Both the position numbers and the translations under genes were made by a program. 64,000 nucleotides of DNA from the human T2T-CHM13v2.0 reference genome, Homo sapiens, in the NCBI RefSeq assembly GCF_009914755.1, contig NC_060930.1; one strand, 5' to 3'. The notes under the pieces were generated by a model. That model was given only the letters and a program-made list of their open reading frames with translations, was not told the DNA's origin and made no database searches. This document shows, piece by piece, positions 12,756-29,496 of this stretch; the first letter of the stretch is position 1; each line of letters starts with the position of its first letter.

Positions 12756-12929
12756 CTATACAGCACTGATCGAGGTGATATACATTTATACCATGTTATT
12801 TCGAGGTAAACATGAGATTAAACTCAATTACATTGAAGATTAAATTCCATTAAGTCAGCCTTTCCAATGAAACAGACTTCACAACTTCATTGCATGGCCT
12901 TTGTTACATTACTTTGGATAAAAGCTGAG

Positions 12930-13350
12930 ATGCTGTTTAAAAAAGAAAAAAAAAAGCAAAAACCCAAAATCCAAAGGTTCAACAACATGGAATTTTATTT
13001 TTCACTCACATGCTTGTTCAAAAGGAGCTGTTACAGTCTGGTGAGATAGCTCTGACATCCTCAACTTACGGCTTCCATCTTAGGGACTAAGGTGGCAGTG
13101 CCAGCAATTGGGATATGGAGGGCAGGTGTAGCTTCCTTTTTTTGAGAAGGGATACAGAATATACACTCGCCACTTCTGCTCACACTTTACTGATCAGGAC
13201 TTAGTTATATGACTCAGGACCACCTCAAGGAAGGCTGGGAAATACAGCTTCTAGCTGGATGGCCTGTGGCCAGCTAAAATTGAAGGGGAGCTGGAAGATC
13301 AAGGTTAATTACTAAAAAGAAGTTTAGAACAATTAGCAGATTCTACCACA
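12930..13350 (-). mobile_element. Old MLT1 LTR
   Basis: cacttctgctcac...aggaaggctgggaaatacagcttctagctgg...ctaccaca. Confidence 0.6.
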
Positions 13351-14823
13351 TCTGGATTCAGATTCTCTCCTCACCCTGCTGCTCCTTATACCGTACAACT
13401 TTTCTTCTTCAGGTAGCAAATTAATTTTTAAAGCAGCAAGTCCACTTTATAGCGTTGTTTTCAAATGTAACATGTTGCTATTTAAAAAGAGCTAAAAGCA
13501 GAGCAACTAGGCTGGAAATTAGGAAGTAAGCTGTCAGAATATGCATCTGACCCTCCCCTCTCCCTGTCCCCATCTCACTTTGTGGGAACCCCTTGATTTT
13601 GAGAAATAAAATTTGGAAACTGCTCTCACAGTGTTTATTATAAAAAAAAGAATATACTATGCTTTCTAGGCAGTCAAATATAATTGGTGAAAATCATTCT
13701 CTCCTACTTAAATAATGAAAAGACCTTTTCAAATCCTGGTTTACATTCATCCTGTCAGCAAAGTGCACACCCATGGATATGAGTTCAGAGCCATTTCCCA
13801 GCCTGAGAGGGCTTCTGGCTTTGCAGAACACCTTGCCAAGCATGAGTTAATCACCACGTTGATGCAAAGAGTGAAGAAGGAGGTTATTTCTGCAATTTTC
13901 CCCACAAATCTAATCTTGACAAATGGAATAATGTTACATCTCATTAGCTAATAAACTGTCTGGATTGGGGTTACATGTAAGGACAGAAATGAGTTCAAAT
14001 TAATGCCTGATACTCTTGGAAACAACTTTTCTTATTCATTCAAGAATAGAGGGGGATGCTGTAAGTTTGATTGGGTTTAATTTAAAAAAAAAAGAATAGA
14101 GAGGAAAAAAATAAAACAATTCCCAATAGAAAAGTCAATAGAGCTCAAACAAGCAAACAAACAAAAATTAAGAAATATTCATTTCAGCCACTAATTCTAT
14201 AGCCTCAATTACTGAAATCTAAGAAAACATGGCAAATACCTTGACTGCTTGGGGCTATGTCTCTGGTTATTTCAAGTCATCTGAGCCAAAACAAGGCCAT
14301 GAAGTTTGGGGTTTTCTGATTTCATCAAGTAATTTTTGTGTTGTTACCACTTGGAGCTTATATTTTATTCTAGATATGTAACATAATAGAATTAATCATT
14401 TTGATTATAGACAGTTTTCAAAATATTTAATTGCTTCTTTTTAAGGAATCATGCCATAGTTTCTCATTTATTCCCCTATTGCCTGATAAAACGTTTCTGG
14501 TGAGGAAATCTCTTCTTGAAATGCCCACATGTGTAATACAAATCATTTTGCTTCAGATTGTGAATGTGGGAGTAAGTTGTATTCATCTACTAGTTAATAA
14601 AACTCCTAGACTGAGTTCAAAATGGGTTATGTCAATGCTTATCAAGGGAGTTCTCTGCAGGATGACCTCATTACCTGAATTAACAAAATACAAGAGCTTT
14701 ATTATAATGTGACTTCATAATGGCCTAAGAGCATTTTTTATAAGTTATTAATAGTGTCTTTATAAGATTACCTGTTTGCATATAGAAAATTCAAAATATT
14801 GATGCACTTTAAATATATTTGTG

Positions 14824-15978
<1,155 letters not shown>

Positions 15979-17663
15979 ATACATATGAGAATAAAGTTTT
16001 TCTGTACTTTATGAGGGCTCTTATTTCTTACATTTAGGGACCAAATTAAAATGAAACACATTAGAGTATCTACCACTTACATTTTGTTTCAATTTCAATT
16101 GTTTTAATTTGCACAGAACTTCATGCCAAAACTTATCCAAGAAAATATTAGGGTTTCAGATATTGCTTTACATGATTTCTATCAAACAATATTTAGATGA
16201 ACAAAATACTGTTTTGCATGTCCTAGTCCCTGGAGAGCCATGAGTAACCCCTTGTATTCAGGAGAGAGAACCATGGAAACAATTCTGCCTACAAGAATGC
16301 AACGTGTTATTTTTCTGACAATTCATATTCTGATCAAACCAGCAATTAAACTATCTAAGCACTACAGAGATAAAATCAGATTAAAATCAAATTATGGCAC
16401 CTGGTCAACTACTTCTCCAAATAAAAACAAGAAGAGACTCAATAATCCCTTTTTAAAGATGCCAGATGCTTCAACTCTTAAGATAAATATAAACAGCATT
16501 TAACAAGTTCTAGCTCATAGAGGCAGTGCCTTCTCTAGTGTATCCTACAGCCCTCACAACAAACTTTCTTTAGCCTATGTATTTCTTTCTTGCTTTATTT
16601 TTTCAAGTGTGTGCATGTGTATGTGCACGCACACACATAAGTGTTTTGAAGTTTATCCCTGTATGAAATCACAGCCTATTATTATAGTAAAATATCCTAA
16701 GCTACAAGAGGACAGGGGTAATGTCTTTTTTATGCACCTCAAATCCCCAGTGCTTGGCACAAAGCAGATGCTGAGTATTTTTTAATAAATTAGTGAATTA
16801 ATAAACTATTGCCAGGATTTTTACTCTCACATTCTCTTTCACTCTGTATAAAAATTGCTTTTGTCAAGGCTACCCATAACCTCCATTGCTAAATACAGCT
16901 GTCAATTCTCAGTCCTTATCATATTTGACTCATCCACTGATTTGACAAGGTTAATCACTGACTCTTGTTTGATGGTCTACTTCTTACCTCATTGTTCACT
17001 CTTTTCAAGCTCTTTTGCTGGTTCCTTTTCTCCCTGAGTTTCGAATGTCAGGGGTCCTCAGGATTTGAGTGGTGGAGTTCTTTTTTCTTCAATGATTTCA
17101 CTCACTCTCATGGCTTTAAATGACATCACTAACTTCAAAGGTATACCTGCAGCCTAACATCACTCCTGAATTCTAGACTATCCAGTACTTACTGACATCC
17201 CTACTTGGATATCCAACAGTCATCTCAAACTTAACACTTCCAAACTTGAATTCCTACTTTCTCCCCATGCACAACCCCCCTTCTGGTCCAAAGACATTCC
17301 ATTTGCACTTCTCTCCATATCACTTGGTGGTTTCCAATCCTCTAGATGCTCAGGTAGTTGCTATTCCTACCACCAGCACAACTGGAGGTACCACCAGATG
17401 CAAGACAAATGGCTTCTCCCTTTCTTGAATTTATATTGTTCCATCACGTTTTTCCATTGGCAGATCCTATCTGGAAACCAGTTGGCAAAAGAATCTGGGC
17501 ATAGTAGTTTGCAAGCTTCCAGCTCCTTGGTAAAGAGGAGAGTTTAGAATGGGTGAGTGGAGCCAAACACCTGCAGCCATTATCTGCTGTAACCTTCTAA
17601 TTTGCCTCTCTATTTCCACCCTTATCCCTAGTCTATCTCAACACTGCACTCAGAAGCATTTTT

Positions 17664-18321
17664 TTTCTTGTAGGAATTTATATATATATATACTTTAAGT
17701 TCCAGGGTACATGTGCACAACATGCAGGTTTGAGACATAGGTATACATGTGCCAGTTGGTTTGCTGCACTCATCAACTCATCATTTACATTAGGTATTTC
17801 TCCTAATGCTATCCCTCCCCCAGCCCCCCACCCCACAACAGGCCCTGGTGTGTGATGTTCCCTGCCCTGTGTCCAAGTGATATCATTGTTCAATTCCCAC
17901 CTATGAGTGAGAACATGCGGTGTTTGGTTTTATGTCCTTGTGATAGTTTGCTGAGAATGATGGTTTCCAGCTTCATCCATGTCCCTGCAAAGGACATGAA
18001 CTCATCCTTTTTTATGGCTGCATAGTATTCCATGGTGTATATGTGCCACATTTTCTTAACCCAGTCTATCATTGATGGACATTTGGGTTGGTTCCAAGTC
18101 TTTGCTATTGTGAACAGTGCTGCAATAAACATGCATGTGCATGTGTCTTTATAGTAGCATGATTTATAATCCTTTGTGTATATACCCAGTAATGGGATGG
18201 CTGGGTCAAATGGTACTTCTAGTTCTAGATCCTTGAGGAATTGCCTCACTGCCTTCCACAATGGTTGAACTAATTTACACTCCCACCAACAGTGTAGAAG
18301 TGTTCCTATTTCTCCACATCC
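17664..18321 (-). mobile_element. 5'-truncated L1PA (about L1PA5-7) inserted into an L2 relic
   Basis: ORF 17890-18333 is the L1 ORF2 C-terminus ([23 protein letters not shown]...); TSD tcaga(a/g)gcattttt. Confidence 0.95.
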
Positions 18322-19071
18322 AGTCAGAGGCATTTTTTAAATGCAAATCAGATTGTGTCACTCCTCTGCTAAAATAAAATAAAATAAACCTCACTTGCTC
18401 TTCATTTTACATTTTACTGGTTAAAGACAATGTACTTAACTGTTGTCTGTAAACGATATGTGATCTGACTCCTGTGATCTTTCTCTCTCCATTGTTAGCT
18501 CTACACTAGCAGCTATAGGAGCCTCCTTGCTGTTCCAGGAATACAGGCACAATCCCTTTTGCCCTTGACACTGGTTGTTCGGAAACCCTAAAACATTCTC
18601 CCTAGGTGACCATTTGCATAACTCCCTTACCACTAAGTCTTTGCTCAGTTGTTATTTTGCTAGTTAGGCCTATTTTAAATTATAATCCTCTGCACCCCCA
18701 ACATTTTCAATACCCCGTTCTATTACTTTGTTGTTGCTTTTAGAAATTAGCATGTGTTTTATTTTTTTATTAGCCATTACATAATACATATACAAACAGA
18801 AAGATTAGAAGTGAATATTAAACAGCTTAAGCTCTAAGAAAATCAGACTTACATAAAAAGGCAATCCTGGAAAAATACAACTTTAGTAATATTTCCTTAT
18901 ATGTTTTAGTTTTACAAATCATTTTCATGTACACTATAGCTTATTTAATTTCTTTATTGTCTGTTGACCTTTAACTGTAATGACTTTTTCCATAATACTA
19001 TTTTTATGAGGCTACTGTGTAATTATTATTTAGTTTTGTGATATGTAAATTCATTCAATAATACTTCAATA

Positions 19072-19355
19072 GGCCAGGCACAGTGGCTCACACCTCTAAT
19101 CCCAGCACTTTGGAAGGCCAAGGGGGCAGATCACGAGGTCAGGAGATAGAGACCATCCTGGCTAACACGGTGAAAACCCATCTATACTAAAAATATAAAA
19201 AATTAGCCTGGCATGGTGGTGGGCGCCTGTAGTCCCAGCTACTCAGGAGGCTGAGGCGGGAGAATGGCATGAACCCGGGAGGCAGAGCTTGCAGTGAGCC
19301 GAGATAGTGCCACTGCACTCCAGCTTGGGCAAGAGTGTGAGACTCTTTCTCAAAA
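19072..19355 (+). mobile_element. AluY-like
   Basis: Diagnostic segments accatcctggctaacacggtg and gagaatggcatgaacccgggaggcagagcttgcag. Confidence 0.9.
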
Positions 19356-19399
19356 TAGTAATAATATTTCAGTAATTTCTCTTTCATCACTGTTTAAAT

Positions 19400-22060
19400 A
19401 ATGTCTTTATTTTTAATCATTTTTTAAAGTATATAATACATTACTATTAATTATACTTACTGTATTGTACAATAGACCTCTAGAACATATTTGTCCTATT
19501 TAACTGAAACTTTAAACCCTTTTACCAACATCTACCCCAGGCCCAAACCACCCCCCAGCTCCAGGGAACCACCATTCTACTCTGATTCTATGAGTTTGAC
19601 TTTCTTAGATTCCACATAGTAAGTGAGATCAAGCAGTATTGGTCTTTCTGTACCTGGCTTATTTAGTTTAATATACTGTCCTCCAGGTTTATTCTTGTTG
19701 TTGCAAATGACAGAATTAATCTTTTTTGCGAAGGCTCAATAGCATTTTGCTGTGTGTGTGTGTGTCTGTGTGTGTATGGGTGTATATTAAATTTTCTTTA
19801 TTAATTCACCCTTTAATGGACATTTAGGTTGATTCCATATCTTAGCTATTGTGAATATTGCTGTAAAAAACATGGCAGTGCAGATACCTCTTCAATATAC
19901 TGATTTCATTTTTTTGATACGTACCCAGAAGCAGATCATATAATAGTTCAATTTTTAATTTTTGAGAAACCTCCATACTGCTTCCATACTGGCTGTACTA
20001 ATTTACATTCCCATCAACACTGTACAAGTGTTCCCTTTTCTCCACATCCTCTCCAACACTAGTTATTCATATTTTTGGTAGTAGCCATTCTAACAGTTGT
20101 GAGGTGATAGACCATTGTGGTTTTAATTTGCATTTCTCTAATGATTAATGATATTGAGCATTAAAAATATATCTGTTGGTCATTTGTGTGTATCTTTTGA
20201 GAAATTTCTATTCAGATCATTTGTCCACTTTTTAAATTGGAGGTTATTTATTTTCTTGTCGTTGAGTTGTTTGAGCTTTTCATATAACTTATTAGATGTA
20301 TGTTTTAAAAATATTTTCTCCCATTCCATAGGTTAGCTCTTCACTCTGTTGATTATTCCCTTTGCTACACAGAAACTTTTCAGTTTGAAGCAATTCCATT
20401 TATCTATTTTTGTTTTTGTTATCTGTGCTTTGGGAGTCATACCCAAAATTTATTACCCAGCCCAATATCAAAAAGCTTTTTTTCCTGTATTTTTTCCAGT
20501 AGTTTTACAATTTCATGTCTTATGTTTAAGTCTTTAATTCATTTTGAGTGATTTTTGTATGAGTGGTAAAACAAGGGTTCAATTTCTTTCTCCTGAATGT
20601 GAATATCCAATTTTCCTAACATAATTTATTGAAGAGATTGTCCTTTCCACATTGTGTATTCTTGGCACTTTTGTCTTGGATCATTTAACAACAAATGTTT
20701 GGATTTATTTCTCTGCACAACAAAGCTCTCTGTTATGTTCCATTGGAATATATGCCTGCTTTTATGCCAGTACTATACTGTTTTGATTATTATATTTAAT
20801 CTATTTGGGGGTCTTTTTAGTTCATGGACCTGAATGTTCATTTTCCTCTCCAGATCTTGGAAGTTCTCTGCCATTATTTCTTTAAATAAACTTTCTTCTA
20901 CTTTCTCTACACCTTCTGGAAATCCCATAATGTGTATGTTGGTTCACTTGATGTTGCTCCATAATTCCTATAGGCTTTCTTCACTATTTTTAATTATTTT
21001 TTCTTCACTAACAGGGTAATTTCAAATGACCTGTGTTTGAGCTCTCATTATTTTCTTCTGTGTAATTGAATCTGCTGTGGATGCTCTCAATAGAATGGTT
21101 TAGTTAAGTCTTTGTATCCTTAGCTCTAGAATATCTATTTGGTTCTTTTTATGGTTTCTATCTCTTTGTTGAACTTCTCAGTTTCCTCATGTGTTATTTT
21201 CCAGATCGTATTTAGTTGTCTGTGTTCTCTTGTAGCTTACTGAACTTCTTTAAGATGATTATTTTCAATTCTTTCTCAGGTGGTTTGCAAATCTCTATTT
21301 CTCTATGGTCAGTTACTGATGGTTTATTTTATTTCTTTGATAGTGTCAAGTTTCCCTGATTGCTCACGATCTTTGTGGCCATGTGTTGGTGTCTATGCAT
21401 TTGAAGAAGTAGCCATCTATTCCAGTCCTTATAGATTGGCTTCATTAGAGAAAGCCCTTAACAGTCAGCTGGCTGAGATTCTGTGTGCCCTCTGACAGGA
21501 TCTGTGAGAGATCTTGCTGCTCAAGTCCTCAGGCAGGCTGGCCTGGTGACTAGGTCAGCAGCTGTGCAGGCTTGGTGCCTGCGTCCACAGAAGCCAGCCT
21601 GGAACCTGATTTTGAAATACTGGGCCTGGATCCTGGGTACATGGGGGCTGGCCTTGTGCCAGGATCCACTAAGGTAGACATGTTGATTGGGTCTATGGGA
21701 GCAGGCCAGGAGCCTGGGTCTATGGGGTGGGCCTAGGGCTTATATTCATGAGGGCCAAGCTAGTGCTGGTGTAAGCTTCAAGCTTGATTTCACAAGGACT
21801 TGCCTGGCACTGAGATGGGCCTGGCACCTGGATTCTCAGGAACCAGCCAGGAGCCTGAGTCTTTGGGGGCAGGCTTGGGTCTTGGGACCATGAGTGCCAG
21901 CCTGGATCCTGGATCTACTGAGGCAGTCCTGGAAATCTCAGGCACCAGAGTAAACATTGGAAGGGTTGGACCCTGGATCCACTAAAGCAGGTTTGGACTC
22001 TGGGTTCACTGCAACCTAGGACTGTGGGGACCAGCCTGGAGCCTGAAACCTGCCTGTTTT
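19400..22060 (-). mobile_element. Old L1 (L1MA/L1M): 3'UTR and ORF2 joined to ORF1/5' region
   Basis: Typical L1M antisense text (ccatactg...ggctgtactaatttacattccc; tttattgaagagattgtcctttcc), then ORF1-like and GC-richer 5' sequence after about 20800. Confidence 0.8.
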
Positions 22061-22163
22061 GTTTTTGTTTTGTTATGTTTTGTTTTGTTTAACATAGCTC
22101 ATTTCATCTTCTAACCCACAGAATAAATTCAATGCTTAGTTACTCATGGGTTTTTTTATTTCT

Positions 22164-22449
22164 CTTTCTTTTTTTTTTTAGATGAAGTCTCACTCTGTCT
22201 CCCAGGCTTGACCACAGTGGTGAGATCTCAGCTCTGCCTTCCAGGTTCAAGCAATTCTCCTGCCTCAGCCTTCCAAGGAGCTGGGATTACAGGTGCATGC
22301 CACCATACCTGGCTAATTTTTGTAATTTTAGTAGATACGGGGTTTCCCCATGTTGGACAGGCTGGTCTCAAACTCCTGACCTCAAGTGATCCCCCCACCT
22401 TGTCTTCCCAAAGTGCTGAGATTACAGGCTTTAGCCACCGCGCCTGGCC
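22164..22449 (-). mobile_element. Alu (S/J)
   Basis: Antisense Alu with T-tract. Confidence 0.9.
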
Positions 22450-24616
22450 TATTTCATGGTGTTTTTTCAATGATCTCCTTCAGCATAAAAAGTTAAACTC
22501 CACAAAGGCAAAAATTCTTGTTTGTTCAGTGACATTTCAGGAGCCTATGCCAGTGTTATAGCAGTTAAAAATCAATTTCCCACATGCTTAACTTAATGGT
22601 CCTCAGGAAAGGTCTATTCATAACCAAGCAATTGGTTTTCATGAATAATAAACATAACAAGTCAAGTAACTCTTTTATTGTTTTTCTAGCAGATAGCTTC
22701 CTAGGAGGAAAAATAGAGAATTGGTATTATCATGCAATGGTAGAGAGGCTGCAAAGTGACAGAATCAAGCATTTTACTAAAGATCTCTTTCATCTGCAAA
22801 TAATAAAAATTCAATCAAATTGGCTTAAGCTGTAAGTCAATTTATTGCGTGCATTAACTGAAAAATTCAGGAATAGTTCCGAAAACGGTGTAACTGGATT
22901 CAGATACTCTAGTGGTGACAACAGAAATCAGTGTCTCTTCTCAACATGACTTTTTCTTCTGTAATGGCTTTAATCTCTGATATGTTCTCCCCAACTGCTG
23001 CCAAATCTGGCCTCCAGCAAGAACAGGTTACCTTCTGCCCACAAGGACCATGATGGAAAAAAAAAAAAAAAAATGCCTCTATCCCAGTGGTTCCAACAAA
23101 ATGCCTTGACTGACTCACTGGCCTAGATGAGTCCATGGCCTCCCTGAACTATTCATTCAGTCTTCACACATCCTGGTTTGGGTCATGCCTTGTTCATCAG
23201 GTCAGGGACTGGGGTGACTCTCACTCAAACCAAGATAAATGGCTTCATAAGGAAAAGTCAAAGCCTTTTACCAAAAGAAAGAAGGGGCTGTGGGCTGCCA
23301 TTACAACTATATAATGAAGTGCCCGGCGTTCTGAGGAAAAGTTAACAATGTATTCAGAGTTAAGTGATAGGAAATGAGGCTGGAAAATTAGGGTAAAGTT
23401 TGATTGCAAAGAGCCTTTTTTTTTTTAATGAGAAAAGCACTGGATAAGGTCTCAGGAGACCTGAGTTCTATTTCCAAATCTTACCAGAACTATCTGTGTG
23501 ACCTTGCCAAGTAACTTAATATCTCTATAAATATTTCCTCAACTCTGAAATAATAAATTACATTAAAAGAATTTCCATGTTTCCCACCAGCTGCCAGCTG
23601 ACATTTCCAAGTGGGGCAAGCTAGGTGGTACAGCCGGCTAATGCTTACCTACTGCAGACTCATTTATCATCATATGAGGGAAGGAAGAGGGAAACACCTG
23701 CTCCCTTCTCCCTTGTTGCTGGCCAGGGACGTCGTTTAGAACCCATACCTGGTGCTGTAAAGGATCCTGGCAGATGCTGAAATTAATTCTAGACAAAGAG
23801 CTGGGTTCTTGCCTATGCTTCCAAAACCTGGTCATGCTTCAGCATTACCTGGAAAGCTCATAAAAATATAGATTCCTGGGCCCACTTTTATGGTATTTAA
23901 TGGGGCTCATGAATTTATATTTTTAGAATTTTTATTGTCTTTACCTTTTTCCACTTTCCAGTCTTGGATGTGTCTGTTTTCTTTTGATCAATATTATTTA
24001 ATGATAATCAATAATTTTACATATCTCCATGCCGAGAGATCTTGGTTTGGAAATATGTATCCAGAAAACATACTACATATTTTCTGATACTAAAGTATCG
24101 GAGACAAAGAAACACCACAATCACCAAATATTTGAATGTTTTATGCAAAGAAGTATTCATTTAATGAGAATTATGGTTAATATGTGCAGCACATATCATC
24201 TTTATTCTGCCAGTTTCAGAGAACTAGTCATAACTCTGAAATTTTCACCTAACATCCAAGTCACAATAAGAATAAAAGCATTCTTCACATGTTTTCAGTC
24301 ATTGATTTTCTTCAAAACAACTCTAGAATCTTAAAAAATATGATAATGATAAATAACTCAGTATCAATTATGTCTAATACATATGTAGTACATCTGCTCT
24401 TTTTTGTGATCACTTTTTTGTATATTGTTATATTTGATCAAGTTCTTAAATTTATGAATCAATAATCAGCTTTAGTCTTAATTTTTCTCAAAATGTTTCT
24501 CTTAGATTAGCCAATATTTTAATTTTTAAAAGTTCATTCATTTAGATGTGATCAAATTAGCCACACAGAAAGCCTGGGTTCCAAGGAAATGAAATTTCAA
24601 CCACAGACATGTTTAC

Positions 24617-24720
24617 CTGAAGTTGTTTTGTCATTCTGACTTCCTTCTTGTCTGTGTGAGCAGGTGCTCTGGGATTTGTCAAGAAATAGTTAACTTCTGC
24701 ATGTTGCGTGTTCTTGAGTA
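24617..24720 (-). other. Splice-bounded candidate exon (lncRNA or same pseudogene)
   Basis: tttctcagtactccctacag| ... cag|gtaaac, 104 nt, with one open frame: LKNTQHAEVNYFLTNPRAPAHTDKKEVRMTKQLQ. Confidence 0.3.
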
Positions 24721-24903
24721 CTGTAGGGAGTACTGAGAAAGCCGAAGTAAGAAGTAAACATAATATTTCCTTTCCACAAATATAAGAAAACAAACAAGTC
24801 ACACAGACAAAAAAAATGCACTTAGGATCAACATGAGAACGCCCCTGAAAAAAATTTTAAGCAAATGATTGCTTCAGGTAAGATGGGAAATTTCCCAACA
24901 TCA

Positions 24904-25320
<417 letters not shown>

Positions 25321-25699
25321 TCATTCTTTAATGAAGCATTCTTGCCAGGGCTATTGTAAAACAGAACTAATATTTCAAGTCACAACATTCTTCATTCATT
25401 AATTTTAATCAAATATTTATTTATTTTCTAATATGTGCTAGAAGACTTGGTACTGGGAGATTCTTAGTATCTTCTATATAAACCAAGATCAACACGAGAA
25501 CCATTTTTAAAGTAGTTTTTCCAAGACTACATAGTTGTCACAGCCCTCCGAATAAGAGGAGGGCCCAGAAGCACCTCAAGGCCCCTCCTGGTCAAATACA
25601 TCCCCTACTAGAACCCACATGGATGTGCAGCACTTTCCCACACTCATACAGCACCTCCTCTGTGCCCAACACTGCCGTCATCCTAGCTCTGGAGACAGA

Positions 25700-27450
25700 G
25701 AGGAAAATCAGATTTAGCCTCTTCCTCCAGGATCTCCCATACTAGTGACGGAGATGGACATGTGAAAAATTGTAAGTGTGTGATAGAACCTACAACAGTT
25801 GCCGGTGCGGAGTGCCAGGGCATCAGGGAAGGCAGTGAGTTCCATCTCTCATGGTAGCATAGGAGCTCAGAAGCATATGAAGAGGAGCATAGAGAGAATC
25901 CCTGTGCGTGGCAGAGGAAAAGTATTAGTGCAAATGCAAAAACAAGCATGGCCAGTTTGGGTCAAGTAGCTCTGAATGTTTTGAAGAAAAGTAAATATGA
26001 GTTGGGAGAATAAAGAGAGAAGAATGTGAAAGGAAGAGAAGAATGTGGTAAGAATTGAGGCTGGGCCAGATAAGGAGAGGATTTATTTGCTTTGAAAAGG
26101 CTTTTGCCTGTTACCTAAAAGCTAAGGGTACAGTCAGGCTGAATTTTAGAAATTTCCCTCCACTAGCAGTATGGGATACATTAAAGTGAGGAAATCTGAA
26201 GTTAAGAAAGAGGGTTAGAAGGCTATTTCTATCCAGACAGACTTAGTAATAAGGGCTTACGAAAGGGGACTACCAATAGGAATAAAGGGGAGATGGATTT
26301 GAGGTTTGAGGTAACCAATTTGAGGAGAAAAATGTAAGGGAGGGAGAAATCACGGATTCCTGGCAGGTTTCCAGTTGGAGGAAACTACATGGATGGTGGC
26401 ACTTTCACTAAATACAACAGGACGAAGTAAAGGCATGAGGGATGTAGAGAAGGGGAAGATGCTGAGTTCAGTTTTTTTCATGCTAGGTTGGGGGTGCTTA
26501 TGGAAGCTCTGGAGAGGTGGTTGTTCAGTGGGAGCATGAGTCTGGACTCAGAAGACAGCCAGGAACTGGAGATGCCGATCTGGGAAGCTTCCACACGCAG
26601 GTGTCCTTTGAAGATATCAGAGAAAATAAGATCAACTTGGAAAGGTGTCAGTGAGAAAGGAGGTAACCTAAGAACAGAACTCTGAGAAAAACCATCATAT
26701 AAGGGAGGATCAAGGAAAACCACTCACACAAGGGAATAAACTGGGAGAACTTGAGGGAGAAGTAAGGCCTGAACAACATTCACTAAAAATAGTAACGAGG
26801 GATTCATTAGTGACTTTAGTAAGAGGAATTCCAAGGATCATATGAGCAGCAGCCAGATTAGTGTCTAGAATCATGATTTAGGATTTAGGATGCAGTGGCT
26901 CACTCCTGTAATCCCAGCACTTCGGTAGGCCAAGGCAGAAGAAGAATCGCTTGAGATCAGGAGTTCAAGACCATCCTGGGAAACACAGAAAAACTCCATC
27001 TCTCCAAAAAAAAAACAAAAACTTAGCCGGACATGGTGGAGCATCTGTTGTCTCAGCTACTCAGGAGGCTGAGGTGGGAGGATCGCTTGAGCCCAGGAGT
27101 TCAAAGCTGCAGTGAGCTTAGATCACACCACTCCACTCCAGCTTGAGTGACAGAGTGAGATCTTGCCTCAAAATAAATAAATAAAGATTTAGGGATGAAT
27201 TAACGATGTTGAGGATGAAAAGCAGAGATATGGGCAATGAAGCTAGACCATGAGCGGGAGAGGAGACAATAAATAGAATCCACCAGAAGAGGAGACTCAG
27301 CCAAGCTGCTTTTATTGCATTATTTTAAGATGGAAGATGTTTATTTATTTGCAGAGAAGAAAGGAGCATGGAAATATAGATTGAAAAACACAAATGGGAG
27401 GAAATAATAGATGAAGTGGGTTCTCTATGAAGACAGGAGAGAGTGGGCTA
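25700..27450 (-). mobile_element. L2 LINE relic with an AluJ at about 26888-27185
   Basis: Purine-rich L2 antisense text (gctgagttcagtttt..., ctggagatg..., cattagtgacttt). Confidence 0.65.
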
Positions 27451-28329
27451 AGAGGATATAGGGAAAGAAATTGGCCTCAGAGAGAAGGACACTCCTCCTG
27501 AGAGAGGTGGGAAAGGCCTTCGGTGAGTGCAAATGCAACTGCATATTTTGGGTGAGGGAGAGGAAGCTGAGGGCCTTCTCCCTGCATCTCCTGCAGGAAG
27601 ATGCAGAGAATGTTTCACAGAGAACATTGAAATGTCTGAGTCATCTTAAAGGAGGGAGCATCTTGAAGGCTGCACTGTTGCAATCCTTCCTTGGGTGATA
27701 TGAGGAAGGTGAGAGCCTTGTGACCAGAAGCGGGTAATTAAAATTTACAACCCCATGGGCAGGAGTTGCTAAGAGATCCTTCTAATCCATTGAGAGCAAC
27801 ACTTTTGTTGTGAGCCTGACTGCGAGGGGCTGAGGTTCGATTCACTGAGAAACATGTGGGGACTGAGGTGGAGTGTGGCAAATTGGTGGGGTCGGGGGTA
27901 AGAAAGCAAGGCAGAGGAGACAAGTGGAAGCTGCTTCATGGAAAATTTGGGCCCTGGAGGATGTCAGAGTTCCAGGTAGTTACCAAAGATGATTCCTGAG
28001 TCAATTAATTATGGGAGGAAAAAAGCTATTGTAGGAACATATTTATCTATGTCATTACCCTGCTTACAGTCCAGTATTGAGAATATTGTGGGTGGGGGAA
28101 CCCCACCAAGCCAAAGGGGCAGGGCCACTCTGCAGAGCCCTGAAGGTGATGATGCCACTACAATGGGCCTAGAAGGCAGGATGCAGAACCAAAGAGGATT
28201 CTTCTCAGGCCTTAAGATCTACTGGAATTTGTTCCATTTGGGTTCATTCTTCCCTCTTTTCCTGGACATTTCTCAGGATCATGTCCTCAATTCTGTTCCA
28301 ATCTTACTTTATAGTTTCAAATCCTAATT

Positions 28330-28515
28330 TCACATTGGAATGACTTCAGAGACTGTTTTTAAAGTACTGATTCCTGGTCCCCATTCCCAGAGATTTTGAT
28401 TCCATTGATCTGGGATGGGCTTAGACATCAGTATTAAAATAAAATAATAAAATGAAATAAAATAAATCTCTCACTGGTGATGCTAGTGCACAGCCATGGC
28501 TAAGAACCACTACTC
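28330..28515. mobile_element. MER5-type hAT MITE
   Basis: cacattggaat...cccagagattttgattccattgatctggg...gaaccactact. Confidence 0.7.
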
Positions 28516-29066
28516 TTTAGAGTTGCCCTGAGTAATTCTATTCATTTCCATAACTAAGATTACTATATCCACTGTTAGCTTTAGCTTAGCCAGTGTAACA
28601 GAGAGAAGGAAATCATGGATAATCACAAGTTTATAGAGAGAAAATAGACAAAACATGGTACAAAATGGTTTTAAAACCAATTTATTTAGTAAAAGTTATT
28701 TTCAGTATGTAGGGACATATTTACTACTCTAGAGACATCACTCAAGAGTATAAAAAATTAATGTTTCAGAAAGGTAGCATTGCATATAGTATTTAAAGGA
28801 AAATCATTCAAAAGTTTTCAAAGCTGTCTTTATCATATTGCTATCTCATAGCTGAGCTCTGCTTGTTTTCACGTATTAGAACAAAAACATCACACAATCT
28901 GTTTCACTCTGAGAAAAATCCCCTCTTCACCTTTTTAATGGCCCGGCCAACTGTCAGCAGCATAAAGTTCAACTCCATGGGGGAGCTCACGTTTGCTGGT
29001 TGACCCCTGAACTTCACTATCACTATCATTTTTCTTTTCTTCACCTCAGAATGTTTTCTTTTCCTA

Positions 29067-29496
<430 letters not shown>

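Noticed and set aside
17890-18333. 147-aa ORF with clear protein homology
   Set aside because: C-terminus of L1 ORF2p in a truncated copy with no promoter.
21480-22060. GC-richer stretch with several overlapping ORFs
   Set aside because: CpG-depleted, internally repetitive and contiguous with the old L1 ORF1 relic; consistent with an L1M 5' region rather than a CpG island or gene.
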